Source: Hamiltosporidium tvaerminnensis FI-OER-3-3 (taxonomy: Eukaryota; Fungi; Microsporidia). From it: a DNA stretch of 64,000 nt. Below, piece by piece: positions 48,421-61,487 of this stretch. How positions within the stretch are numbered: the first letter of the stretch is position 1; every line of letters starts with the position of its first letter. Under the pieces are notes generated by a model. The model worked only from the letters and a program-made list of their open reading frames with translations, did not search any database and was not told the origin of the DNA. The stretch covers positions 248,001-312,000 of the forward strand of contig JAKIMF020000007.1 in NCBI GenBank assembly GCA_022605425.2. The letters are read 5' to 3'. A program made the translations under genes and the position numbers.

Positions 48421-48819
48421 TTAAAAAAGAATTGAATGATTTCTTGGTAAATGTTTTTTGTGCTTTTGTTTCATATGTTTTATCAAACATCGTTTATAAA
48501 CATATCTTATATTGCAATATCTACACAAAAATTTATCATTGTCATAGGGAATCGGAATATAATTAGAATAAGAAATATTTGGAACAAAGTTTACTTTAAA
48601 ATTGTTTTTTCTTTCTAAATTCATTTTATTTTGTATTTCCATAGTATTATTTCCTACAAAATAACTGTTAAAATATTTTTTTGTAACATAATTTTTAGTT
48701 TCCTGATGATTATTACTTCTACTGTTTCTTTCCTGACTATGTATTTTTGACAAAAAATTCATGAAAAGAGATAAATCATCATTATAATCATACTTGTCAA
48801 ATATCATGGAATATACCAT
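48421..48819 (-). CDS. Small C2H2 zinc-finger protein
   Basis: FLCRYCNIRYVYKRCLIKHMKQKH fits C-x2-C-x12-H-x4-H near the C-terminus. Confidence 0.7.
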   Translation of the reverse strand: MVYSMIFDKYDYNDDLSLFMNFLSKIHSQERNSRSNNHQETKNYVTKKYFNSYFVGNNTMEIQNKMNLERKNNFKVNFVPNISYSNYIPIPYDNDKFLCRYCNIRYVYKRCLIKHMKQKHKKHLPRNHSILF

Positions 48820-50057
48820 TGAAATTCTTTAAGTAAATTCATTGATTAAAAATAATAATATGTTCACAAATTAGGAAAACTTTTATAATATTTTTCTAAT
48901 TTCTATATCATTTAATTTAATATAAAAATAGTAATAAAAATATCAATTTTAATTTATGTTTCATATTATTTATACAAAGCTCAGATTGAAGAATACATAA
49001 CGAATCCCTTATATTATATTTAGCATCAACTTCTAAGATTTATTTATTTTCTATTTTTGCAAGAATATTTTAGATGAAAAATATATTTTTGCCTCATTAG
49101 ATTTAATTTAAGATTAGCTAAATAATATCATTTTTATGATGTACAAATACCTATTTATCATAGATTTGGTAAGTAATTTATATTTTTACAGGAAAATGAT
49201 TAAAATATCCACGCTGATTTTACAACTGCAATATCTTCATTGTAAATCTCTAAATTATATCTATTGATTAATATAATTAGACACTTTATTACATTCTAGT
49301 TATTCTTGATTGCGAAAATTGAACTATTAAATTCACTTTAATATATATTTTGTGGATATAGAAATGACTTTTTACTATTTAAAGAAGAAAAGTATTGTAA
49401 ATATCACTGCAAAATTATTTTAAAGTGTTTAAAAAAGTATTTAAGAATATGAAAACCATTTTCGTTTAATGAAGTAAAGAGATTAAATACAAAAATTTTG
49501 CGGGCACTAATTAGTTAATTTTAACACATTTTCAATTAATTAATTTATTATATTTCTAAATTAAAACATTCAATAAATATACAAATGAAGAAATTAATTT
49601 AATTGAAGTTAAATAGAAATTATATTATCAGGTTTTTAAAATTATAATCTATGATTAATTCGATTTGGAATTTGGATATGAATAAACTAATAATAATAAC
49701 AATAATGTCGGAGATGATGTTAAGAATAATTCCAAAATATATTTAATATTACCAATATTTGATTTATAAAATATTATTTATAAATCGGTGATCAGAAATT
49801 ATTCTTTTAATTGTTTTATTTTGTATTTATTAAGGGCTATTGTAAAGCTATTCATGAAAAATTATTTATCTATATTATATTAAATCTCGGGAGCTATAGT
49901 TTGAGTTTCATCAATTGTTTTTAATTGAAATGAAAATTAATATTGTATTTTATATATTTGTATAGTTAGTTTTATGTTTAGAGAGATCGTTTTGCTTATA
50001 TATAATATATTTTCGCATGTTTTCAATCTATATGTTAAGGATTATATTTATTTATAA

Positions 50058-50275
50058 ATAGCTCGCTCCTTCCGTACGGATGGAACACAATCCAATCATG
50101 AATCATAGCTTCACAGCATTATATGCTTCCAAAGACGATTTTTTTTTGATGGGTTAGGTTGTCAGCCTCACGCAAACCTTATGAACGAAAGATAAAGAGT
50201 GCAAAAACCGAAGGATCGAACCTAGCCCCTCAGAAGTAAATACCAATATCGAGGGATTAAATCACACAACATAAA
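50058..50275 (-). mobile_element. Candidate tRNA-derived SINE with an RTE-like body
   Basis: Minus strand has B-box GGTTCGATCC (50213-50222), then GGTTTGCGTGAGGCTGACAACCTAACCCATCAAAAA resembling the RTE 5'-UTR motif, then a palindromic hairpin TCCGTACGGA near the 3' end. The A-box is poor. Confidence 0.45.
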
Positions 50276-50579
50276 TTTTCTTAAAGACATATGAGCATGT
50301 ATTTAGCAATTACTTATAACATTGAATTATAATTGACATCACTGGTAATATTCTTATGATGATAATATTTTAATTCCTATTAAGTTAACGTATGCTTTTA
50401 GAAAACTTTATTTTCAAATTCGGTATTGTGATCTTTAATTTCCGTAAAAAACATGAATCTCAAGTTTTTAGTTATTATTCAATATAGGTCAATTTAGGTG
50501 TAAAATTTACTTGAAGTAATCTATTTATTGTTAAATGTTTGTTCTACTATTTAAAATAGAGTTAGCAATTATTTTAAAG

Positions 50580-51700
50580 AAAACCAAAGATAATATTGAC
50601 TGAAAGTGCAAACCTGCAAAAGCATCTGGATACTTTGAACTGTAAATGAACAACTTCATATGTTCTATTAGAAATCGGCCATGAATACAAAAAAAAATCA
50701 TTCCCGAATACGCCTCTTGAGAAGCCTCATTTAGTCTTTTGGAAATCTAACTGTTGCAAAATACTTAGGAATTATGAAAGGCTGCAAAAATAGTCAACAC
50801 AGATTTTATTTCAAGCTGTAACAAGAGCTTTAATCTAAAGATAGATGCTATGAAAAAATAAAATCGTACTCAAAAAATATTTTGTGCAATTAATATATAT
50901 GAATTATACACTCGACTAATTTCATATAGCACGAATGCACATAACCCCGCATATTTCTCGAATTCGGATTCTTTTTCTGTATATTGTTACTATTAAAATT
51001 TCTTTGTCTTAAACAATATTTAAAAACGACTCTATCTATTCAAATCGAGACTAGTGAGAGTGCTCAAGAATTAAATTACTTAATCTTGATAAGGTAAATT
51101 CGCCAGTGTCGCGTAAAATAAATTGAGAAATTTAAAAATTGAGAGCATATATTCTTGATAAAAATACAAGAAGCTATCTCTCGCAAATTAAAAAGTTAAT
51201 TAAGTTAAACATAGAATAAAAGTCAAACTGAAAAACTTAAAACCCGAACTAGCGTACTTCACATTATAAATAAAAATCACCTTAAAATTATAAAAAGCTA
51301 AAAATATTGAGCTAGTTACTTTTGATGACTCATCCGCCCATCCTAGGAATCACAAACAAAGCAAATGACGCAGCTGATTTCTGATATATTTATGTATAAA
51401 TGTATTCGAATTGACATGAGAAAAATAATCGGCACTGCATGTTTGAAGAAAGTCAGTAGAGATTTAGGTTCATTTTTTGGTCAACATTTGTGTATAGACT
51501 TGAAATAAGTTCGATATATTGTACAATTGCATCTCGATAATGCCTAAACATATGATTGAGTAAGCACCTTTCGGAGAATAAATAATCTCACGAAAATGAT
51601 TTAAATAAAGTTTACATAATCATTACCAACACCCGATCATTCTTTCGGTGATTTTACTACTTTTGATCATGTATATTCCAATATTTTTTGTATGTGTTCT
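50580..51700 (+). mobile_element. Possible Ty3/gypsy pol relic
   Basis: Frame-broken motifs in the expected order: DF...NKSFNLKIDA (RNase H start PDF.KPF.L.TDA) near 50800, and H..AHP(G)IT with DMRKIIGTAC (integrase HHCC region) near 51330-51445. Confidence 0.3.
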
Positions 51701-52787
51701 GGTCTCAGTTCAAACTCTTTTTATTCTTTTCAACTTGTTTCAAAGAATATTTTTTCTGCTATTTTTTTTGTCATGGTCTAAAACAAAAACAAGTATATCT
51801 AATATTCATTTTTAAGCACATGACATATTAATAAACGAGGGTGAATATTGTGAAAACATTTGCTCATTTATTGTTATGATGATTTATCGCTTTCACTATT
51901 ACAATTTTTTACAATGCTGAAAGTAACAAGTTATTTGTTAATATGTGTACTGGCGCGAAATAGCGCAATTTCATACACCTTTAACGCTGGTAAATTAAAG
52001 CTTATGAACGAAACCATGACCGACGATTTACTGCTATTACATTTAGAGCCTTGTTTGTTGATGTTTATTCTCTCTTCACGATGGTATTATTAATCATACA
52101 TCGACTTAGTCTTAGTAAATACGAATTCAATGTATTTAAACTATAAAATTTATCTGTTGAAAACATTTGAAAATAAGTTTGCTGATATATGATTGAATAA
52201 CGGAATAAAAACGAATGCTAAATTCGAAAATTTTTAAAAGATTAGCTACAGGCATTTGAAGTATAAAAACCAATATAGTAAAACATATTGATCGAAGAAC
52301 TAAATCTTTTATCAAAACAAATTTGATCATGTTTTATATGTAATATAATGAAAGGTATTTAAGAAAAATTCTATATGGTATCTTAAAACGCTTTAGGTAT
52401 CACTGAAAATATCAACCACAACCATTCGATAGTACATAAAAAATAGTCGAAGTCAATTCATTTAAATTACGAAGGGAACCAGAAACATGACAATTATTGC
52501 ATAGAGTTTCGAAGGTGCATCACTAAATACACATATGAGCAGAAATTACAACAACTCATAAACCTAATACTATGCACTAAAATCGATTTGGAGAATATTT
52601 CAACAAATAAACATTCAAATTATAAAACTTCAAATTATCGATAAAAGATTTCAAATCAAAATATGACACCAAATGTAAAAAAACATTTAAACAAAACCTA
52701 GAAAGTGCTTAAAAATGGTAAACAAAAACAAGAAAGAAAAATACTGTATATTAAACAATAATTTAAATGTACCTTTTATAATTTAAA

Positions 52788-53255
52788 ATGAATAATAATT
52801 ACAAAATAATAAAAGAAAATAAAAACACTAGAGATATAAAAAAATGGGCCTTGAACTTGACGATAGAAAACATGAAACAATACAATTCAACTTCTTTATA
52901 CAAATATACAAAAAATAAATCAATTTCAAATAAAAAATCCGAATTTATTATTTGTTATTTTTTGAATAAAAAAGTCGGTTTTTGTATGATAAGAAAAGAA
53001 AACAGACTAATTTTTATTTATGAAATACATGTTACATTTGAGCACCGATCTAAAGGCGTCGGTACTCTATTATTAGATTTCTGTAAAAAATATTATTTAA
53101 ACCAAAAAAAATATGAAAATCTTGTATTATTTGTACTTAAAAATAATTATAAAGCGATCAGTTTTTATGAAAAAAGTAATTTTTTGATTGATAAATCTTA
53201 TGATGATTCTATTTTACATTATTGTTATAAATTTAATTTAAATAATAAATTCTGA
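52788..53255 (+). CDS. GNAT acetyltransferase, NAA40/Nat4 (NatD, histone H4/H2A N-alpha-acetyltransferase)-like
   Basis: WALNLTIENMKQY (cf. WAF.LTK.NM..Y), FIYEIHV..EHRSKGVGTLL (acetyl-CoA motif A) and LFVLKNNYKAISFY. Confidence 0.75.
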   Translation: MNNNYKIIKENKNTRDIKKWALNLTIENMKQYNSTSLYKYTKNKSISNKKSEFIICYFLNKKVGFCMIRKENRLIFIYEIHVTFEHRSKGVGTLLLDFCKKYYLNQKKYENLVLFVLKNNYKAISFYEKSNFLIDKSYDDSILHYCYKFNLNNKF

Positions 53256-54140
53256 TTATATTTTATAATTTAATGACTTAAAAGAAACCTAAATAAATAT
53301 TTGATTTATAGTGATTGATAAAAAAGATGTCCGTATTAATTAGAAGTTTAATAATTCGAAAAAATAAAAACGAGTCATTGAATAGAATGGATTTGGATTT
53401 TTTAAAATAACCGAATAGAAAAATTCAATGAAAAATAAATAAATAAATTTTAAGTGAATTCTAATATTTCGTAGAAAACCACCATCACTAAAACTAAAAT
53501 TATTATTGAAACATCTAAATATTCTAAACAGAAAATATTTTCAACATCAAATATTCCATTTATTCCAATTTCTGCCAAAAATTAGGAAAAATAAGAATTA
53601 AAGAAATAAAACAGAGATGTAAATTACTGGTTGATTGTTGCGGAATTTTATAAAAGATATTAAAATAAATGAAATTTGAAAATTTAATGAAATATTAAGT
53701 ATATATGACTCAAATATTATAGATTTGTGAGTTACAAAAAAACTATTAAAGAAAGATTAAAAAAACAATATTTATAGGTCATTATATTATTTTTAATTGT
53801 AGAAATATGAAAGTCTATATATTTTCTAATTGAGGGGATTTTTAAAACTGGTGATTAAATTTAGTAATCATCATCTATATCAACCTTTATTTTTAGAATA
53901 GAAAACACAAAGTTTAACTTTAAATCCTTGGAAAAGCCATTATTTGTATTTTTAAATTTTACAATAAAAATTATTCAGTAAATGTATTCACATTCTTCGT
54001 TCGAAATATTTAGAAAATGTTTTATCCATATTTCCCGGGATTTAAAACAACAAATTTTTAATGAATGTCAACGATAATTATTCGATTGTAAATATTTAAA
54101 AATCATTTTATTTATTTGTATGATTTACAATAAATTTTAA

Positions 54141-55496
54141 TTAATAAATGTCAATCACATCGTTAGATTCCAGATAATTTGAAATTATTTCATTCATATC
54201 AAAAGTATCCCCATTCATCATAACATTTTTAAAATTATATCCTGGACAGAGAATTGTACATATTTGTAATAAATCTTTGAATTTCTGATTTCTATCAACT
54301 TGAACCGAAACAGTTTTATTAAAATCATAATTTACTTTAATTTCTATTTCTTGTAAATTATTTTCATTTTTATTTACGTTTATTATTTCAAATATATTGT
54401 CACAATCATTATAACAAATATTCTCCAATGTAGAATATTTAGAAACAGCCATATTTTTATAAAAAATCTTTTTATCTAAATCATATCCTATGATCTCTTT
54501 ATATATTTCTTCAAATGTTTGATTTTTACTCAGAAAGAAATATTTTTTAAGATTTCCATTTTCTTTTATAAATATTTTTGTCAAATCTTTCTCTTTTTTA
54601 CGAATTGTTTCTTTATTATCTGGCACATCTAAAATTATAGACGAATAATTTTTTATATCTATACATTTAAGTTTATTATAATTTTTTATTGGTGTATCCT
54701 TCTTGTACCCAGTTGATATCTCTTTTGTCTCGTTTTCATTACAATTTCCATCTTTCTTATGTACATATATCGATTCATTCATAGCTATTGAAGTGCAGTT
54801 TGGATTTTTGATCCCTTCACTTGATGTTTTCTTTCTTGCCTTTGAATTATCATTTTGTTGAAAGATTCTATTTTTATTTAAATTGAATATTGAATCTAAA
54901 TCATCTTCGGTTTCAGATTTATAATCCTTACCTTCATTATTTAAAATATCTAGTGCTGGTGATTCATATCCGTGGATTTCTGAAGAAATACCATTGCCAT
55001 CTTGTGTATTTAGAATATTTGGTGTTAATGATTTATTTTCTTCAATTTCTGCGGAAATTTCATTGGTCTCTTCATTATTAGAAGTATTCAGTATCAGTCG
55101 TTTACATTCCTCGATTTCTGCTGAAATATCTCTATCAAATTCACAGTTTGATTTAATAGATCCTACATATTTATCTTTATCTGTTTCCTTGGTAACTTCT
55201 AATATTGTAGAAGTATTAGGTAAATCTTTTTGTTGAGCAACATTTTTAGAAACCACTTTTTCTTTCTTTGCATTTTCATTTTTTTCGTTACCATTTAAGA
55301 TATTATCTTGATTTACACGGTTTTGGTCAGTGCAGATAAATTTTTTTTCAGCTGTCATATTCTTCTCTGCCCTAACAAATATTATATCGCTATCACTACT
55401 TTTATCGTGATATATATCCGAAGCTTCAATTTTTCTTTTATTGGTCACTTTTTTTATTGATTTTATTTCAATTATATCATCTGAAGAAGTATCCAT
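54141..55496 (-). CDS. Esc2/Rad60/NIP45 (RENi)-like protein with two C-terminal ubiquitin/SUMO-like domains
   Basis: N-terminal acidic SIM-like motifs SDDIIEI and SDSDIIFV, a long disordered middle, and two ~70-aa beta-grasp-like units ending NGD...LESNDVIDIY with no diglycine. CCC motif 8 nt upstream. Confidence 0.6.
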   Translation of the reverse strand: MDTSSDDIIEIKSIKKVTNKRKIEASDIYHDKSSDSDIIFVRAEKNMTAEKKFICTDQNRVNQDNILNGNEKNENAKKEKVVSKNVAQQKDLPNTSTILEVTKETDKDKYVGSIKSNCEFDRDISAEIEECKRLILNTSNNEETNEISAEIEENKSLTPNILNTQDGNGISSEIHGYESPALDILNNEGKDYKSETEDDLDSIFNLNKNRIFQQNDNSKARKKTSSEGIKNPNCTSIAMNESIYVHKKDGNCNENETKEISTGYKKDTPIKNYNKLKCIDIKNYSSIILDVPDNKETIRKKEKDLTKIFIKENGNLKKYFFLSKNQTFEEIYKEIIGYDLDKKIFYKNMAVSKYSTLENICYNDCDNIFEIINVNKNENNLQEIEIKVNYDFNKTVSVQVDRNQKFKDLLQICTILCPGYNFKNVMMNGDTFDMNEIISNYLESNDVIDIY

Positions 55497-55739
55497 AAAT
55501 TGTGGGTAACTTAGAAGTTTTTAAATATCACATCTTCTATATTTTTAAATATTTCAGAAGAAAATTCATGTTATGAGTATAGAAAATAAAACGGAGAATA
55601 TATTATTTATTAAATAAATGAATTTTAAAAGAAACATTATTACATAATTTGCATATTTTATCAACTAAATATGTTTTTATGTAGAGTTTATAGCGTTATT
55701 TCATTATATATAAAAATTCCTATTTCTAACTGAAATAAT

Positions 55740-56493
55740 CTTGTAAATAGATATAAATTTAAGCCTTCAAAATAAATTGGAAGTCAACCCTTCAACAATT
55801 TATTGAAAACGAGTATGCAAGATAAAGGGAACACCAGAATAAAAACATATATCAAAATACGGAATAATAGACCCGACATATTAATCTTAGATAAGAGTAA
55901 AAAGAAGATTACAATCATTGAAGTAGGAATTACTTCCCATGATTCACTTTAAATAGTTGAAACTGAAAAACTTAGGAAGTATGACCTGCTAGCCAATGGG
56001 TTTGGTCTTATTTTTATGTTTGTGTTGAGATAACACCCTATGTGATTACCTGAGACGGTATTGTGTCAAAATAACATAAGTAACACACCAAAAAGACTGC
56101 AAATACCTGATAATGTAGAGGCATAAATTCAGTCGAGAGTACTTAAGAGACATTCGAAACAATTTCCAGTTTTAGTTAAGAGGACTTGAATCGGAACAAA
56201 ATGCCAAAAAGAGCCCAGAAAGAGTCTCAATGGGTGCTAATAAGCGAACCGAGGTGTATGCAGAATCCAAAACTCCTAATAACAAGCTAGCAACAGGAAG
56301 ATGGTACTAAAATTTTAAAAAGAAAAAAAATTATCCCTTATTTCAGTAGAAGGAACAACATTAGAGGAACCGACCATAAACATAAATCAAGTTTCGGATT
56401 TGGAAAAGATAAAATGGTAGTAATATAGGGAGAATAAAAGGCATAAAAATGTGAAGGAAAAAAGGTTTTTAGCCCAGAATTTTATTAAATAAA
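55740..56493 (+). mobile_element. 5'-truncated decayed copy of family A (endonuclease region and 3' end)
   Basis: Aligns with 29208-29965. Ends in AGCCCAGAATTTTATTAAATAAA. Possible decayed TSD ctgaaataat/ctggaataat. Confidence 0.88.
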
Positions 56494-57689
56494 TCCTGGA
56501 ATAATTATATAAATTTACATGAGTTTATACTTTAGAAACTATAATACTTACTTTTTTTAAATCTGCGAAATTTTGATTTGCATTGCCTAATTCTTATTTT
56601 CAAAATCTATCTATGATCCCAATCTTGCTTTTGATATCGTATTCATAAATTTTTGTTCATTGATTTTTTTTATTATCTCTTTTATCTTAAGGGTCAGAAG
56701 AGGAACATGAATCTTATAATTCATCTTATAATATGTCTATATTTATCTTTCCCAATGTTTTTCGTTCGCATGACTCGCCATATTAGCATTATATTCATTT
56801 CCGAAAGAACTTCTTTTATTCGTAAAATTATTTTGTATTAAGATAGGTATATTATTTTTAAAAAAAACTTTGATCTTATGAATCGATTGTATTTTAGTCA
56901 TTTTTTAGATAATCAAATTGAAAACAAGTGTGTTTGAAACTCTTATCATACAGGTTAAACTTTTATATTAGATTTTGTTTTTTTTGCTTTAGTTGTTTTT
57001 ATTAAATTAATATAATTTAATTCATTTTAGCTTTTTCGTTGTATTTCTTTATCAAGGTTTTTAATTATTTCTCATAAAATCTATAAATATAAAAAATTTG
57101 ATTCAAAAAATACAAAAATGATATTATTATGACCTTAGTTCTAGTAGCTATTTCTAGAATGAATTGGGTTAGACCAATCATTCACTCTATCACAACATTA
57201 TTGTATTCAAAATTTTAATTTTTATTCGTATAAAAATACATATGCAATCGAAATGAGATAATTAAAAATACATGGGGGATATATAAATAACTTAAGTACA
57301 TTAAAAAAGGAAAAATACGAATATTTCGGCGTCTAAACTATAAAATTGAGATAAGTATAATCTAACAATTTCTATCTAAAATTAGAACATATTTCATTTT
57401 TTAACACAAGTATTACTTATAAAGAAATTTGAGGATTTTTAAACTACAATTATGCTAAAAATCCGAAAAAAAATTGATAAGAAACAGTAAAAAAAATGCA
57501 AAACAATTATGATATTTCAAAATAGGCTTGGATATTCAAAAAATATTTTAATCTTTACATTCTAAGTTAGACAAATCTATATTTTAATTTAATTTTACCT
57601 ATTCAAGCATTTAAAATCCAATCAAATTTATTTATTTTATTGGTTTAAGTAATTCAACTCTTTTTATATTTTTAATAAACGTTACATTA

Positions 57690-60600
57690 TTTTTATTTAA
57701 TAAAATTCTGGGTTAACAAATTTTTCTCTTTTCTAAATAATTCTTTCCACCATTTCAACCACTTCTATTTCTTCCTCCAACTCCAACTCTTCATTTGTAT
57801 TAGTTGATGGTTCCTTTGCTGTGGTTATGCCATCCAAGATAAGGGGTAAAATATTTTTTGTATTTTCCGTTTTAACATCATCTTCCTCGTTGTCTACTTG
57901 CTTTAAAGGGGGTGGTATTGGTTGTTTATGTATCTCAGCTCCTAAAATAACACTTAATGATGCTCTCTCCCAGCTCTCCTCGGCATTTGGACCAGACTCA
58001 AGTCCTCTTCGTCGATCAAAAGAAATTGTTTCGACTGTCTTCTTGAGTACTATGGATTGTATATATGCCTCTACATTCATGGGTATTTGCAGTCTCTTAA
58101 CATACTTCTTATGGTATTTTGTCACAATACCGTCCCAGGTCATCACATAAGGAATTATCTCTACACTGCATTTATAAATAAGACCTAACTCATTTGCTAA
58201 TAAGTCATACTTCCCAAGCTTCTCATTTCAACTATTTGAAGAGAGTCTTGGGATGTGATTCCTACTTCAGTGAGGGTTATCCTATTCTGTCTCTTGTCTA
58301 AAATAAATATACCTGGTCTGTTACACCGAATTTTAACATCAGTTTTTATTCTGGTGTCCACTCTTATCTCTGCCTACTCATTATCAAGAATTTCTTAAAC
58401 TAAGAGACTCCTAATTCGTTTTGAAGCCTTAAACTTATATTTATTTAGGAGAACAAAGTGTAGGTATCTAACCACTTCATTATTCAGTCAGGTGTAGTCA
58501 TACCCTAGCATTTTTTCACATCGAGTAGCTAGATGATCTACAGTCTTGCCAGATTTATTGCAGTGTTGGCACATACCATCTGCTCCCCAGAATACATTTC
58601 TATCCTGGATATAGCAGAACACAGCTTCATTGCGTGGCCTAATATTCCTTCTCTTTAACCATCTTGAAGAGTCACTAACACCCACAAGCTCATTTTTTCT
58701 TGCATTATATAACTTTGAATAGAGTTTTCGTTTTTCTATTTCGTTATATAGTTTTGCAAGTTAAGCTCCTTCTAAATTTTTCTTAGTGACTTCTTCTACC
58801 AACCTGTACTTTACTTTTAAGAAGCCTTTTATTAGTGCAAGATAGGTTTTATTATTATTCTCTACCTTGAGAATCGCTGCTCGTCTAGTTAATATTTCTT
58901 TACTTTTTTCCAGACAATCCAAGCGTTGCAGAAGCATATGTTCGCTTCGTAACTAAACACTATGTAGGCCTCTTCTAAGTTCTGTTCAGAGAAGACAGAA
59001 ACGCTCTTTACATCCTGGGCAGAGATGTATCTTATTCTTAACCAACACCGCAGGCCCTGCATCATCTAACTTAGAGAAGTTAGCCGGTTCAAGTCGAAGT
59101 ACTTAATGTCATAGTTGATAAACGATATCGCATGTTGATTGATTGCAGAAAATAATTTTTTTGCGTTTAATATATTATGACAAAGTCTTTCAACTCTTGA
59201 TATAAATTAACACCTTACTTCTTCAAAAGAGCTGCGTGTTGGAATTCCTCTGCTATATTCTATTATTCCTAAATATTTGTAAACGATAACACCTTCTAGA
59301 AGAGTAGCAGTATCTTCACAACACTTATCATTTGTGGCTGACTTCTCTTTGTTAATCTCTAACTCAATCACCTCTAAAAATTTCTTTGCCTCGCCTGTCA
59401 TAGCCCTCAATGTGGAGCTGTCTTTTTTAAGAAGATTAAAATCATCAATAAACAAGAGATGATTAGTAGAATGGGATTCTACATCTGTTTGTACTGTCAC
59501 TTTTGTGTTTTTTTCATTAAGCTTTGGGCTTAATGGATACATACACAACACAAATAACAAAGGTGACAGACTATCTCCTTGTAGAATCACTCTCTCAATC
59601 TTCTGGTTCATGATTTTTTCAGCCCTACTGATATATCAATTTTCCATTTTGATATAATTACTTTAATAAATTTCATAATCCAATCAGGTAAATTTAGGTT
59701 TTCAATGCATTGAGTTAAATGAACATGTTATATTGAATCAAAAGCTTTTTTAACGTCAATTCATGTTGCCTTAAGATTGTTTCCGTACTCTTTATTTTGA
59801 GCAATATTAAGTAGAACAGTCTCTTTCGCTCCCTGCATACTTCTAACTGCTCCCAGCTGGTTCTCCGCAAGCAACCCTCGCCTTTCCACTTTAATTTGAA
59901 CGACTTTCGTTACACACTTTGTCGTTAACTTATAGGGGTTGGACATACAAGTGATTGGCCTGTAGTCAGAGCCTCTTCATGGAATTCCTTTAGGTATCAA
60001 ATACGTAAGCCCGCAGTAAAACCAATCAGCTTGAGGTTTTCCTTCTAAACATATAACTTTCACAATATCATAAATATATTTGTGAAGAGTTGTAAGTTTC
60101 TGAATGAAAAAATTGTAAATACCATCAATTCCATCAGCTTTCCAATTAGGGAGCCAATTAATGATATTTACATATTTATCAAGTGAAGGAAACGTGGTCA
60201 TATGATTTTCCGATACAAATTAAATCAAATAATCATCATACAAAACTACTTTATCATTTTTGTTCCACATTGTAGACCAAAAACTCACAATTTCATCACG
60301 GCTAACCACATGCTCGGATTCCACACGCTCGGATAACCCACGATAAAATCGACCTCGGAAAAGCTCAAACATACGATTCTCTTTTCGGAATTGCTTCCTA
60401 CTTTCATGCATCGTTATTTTTTTCTCGTAAACATTCAAAGACTCATTCTTCTTAACTAAAGCCTCAGAAAGATCAGTTACACTGCTCAAGTTCAAATTAA
60501 ACTCTCGCATGATTTCATAAAGCTTTTTGTTTCCGAAGTGGAGAGCCTTTCCTGCTAACGAGCCTTCTCGAGAAGATCTTTGGAAAGTACTAACTTAGAA

Positions 60601-61487
60601 ATTTTACTTTCTATGTTTTTCTTCCCAGCGGATTTAGGCTTCTCTTTACTGGTTGCTTCGTAATAGCATACTTCTGCGGCTTTCATGATATACGCGGCTT
60701 CCGTATTTGACTCAGGTACATGAGCTTTGGCATATTCACCGACTACTTGATTAATGAAATCTAGGAGTTTACTTTCAACCAATTCATTTGGAATTTTTCT
60801 AGTTGGGACCACCACTGTTCCAATTTCCTTTTCCGAGATTTCTTTGATTTTACTCAAAAATTTATCTATCAGGTTTATGTACTCCGTGGTGTCAGTCAGG
60901 GTGCATGTATCAGCGAGAAAACTGGCGATTCTATGTCGCTCTTTATTCTCTTCTGATTTTACTTCCTTTCCCAATTCACTTTGTGCCATTTTTTTTAACA
61001 CTTCGAGAGTCAGCGTAGCCGAATTTCTCATTATAGTACATGTGAAGCTCTGTCCAGCCATTTCTTGACATTCTTTCAAATCTTGTCTGTATTGCAAAAA
61101 AAAACAATTCGAGGCCATTCGATCGGTCGGCTGTTATGGAATCGAATATCGTCTGCAACGCCATTAGCCTGTTACTGTCTGGAATATCTAGAGTACAGGG
61201 GTTTGTCATTTCGTACGATGGCTTGCACGCAGAGACTTCAACCGAAGAGGGAAGTGGTGTATTAGGCGAAGGTAAGGTGTCAAGCCCACTAATTTGCATA
61301 ACTGCATGTTTGGCTTGGTGGTGGATGTGTTATTGTTGTGTAGGAGGAGGAAGGTAGGGAAATCGCCGGTGGGTTTAGATCACATTTTGTTTGCCACTAT
61401 CACTTTTCCTCGCCTCATCAGAAGCCTTTGCAGCCTTTATTTTAGTATTTTTGATATTTCGCTGCTAACATTTTTCTTTATACCCAT
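57690..61487 (-). mobile_element. Full-length but multiply disrupted copy of family A retrotransposon
   Basis: A chain of ORF fragments colinear with 26162-29923. Begins ATGGGTATAAAGAAAAATGTTAGC at 61487, retains FIDD, and ends in the same terminal motif. Confidence 0.95.
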
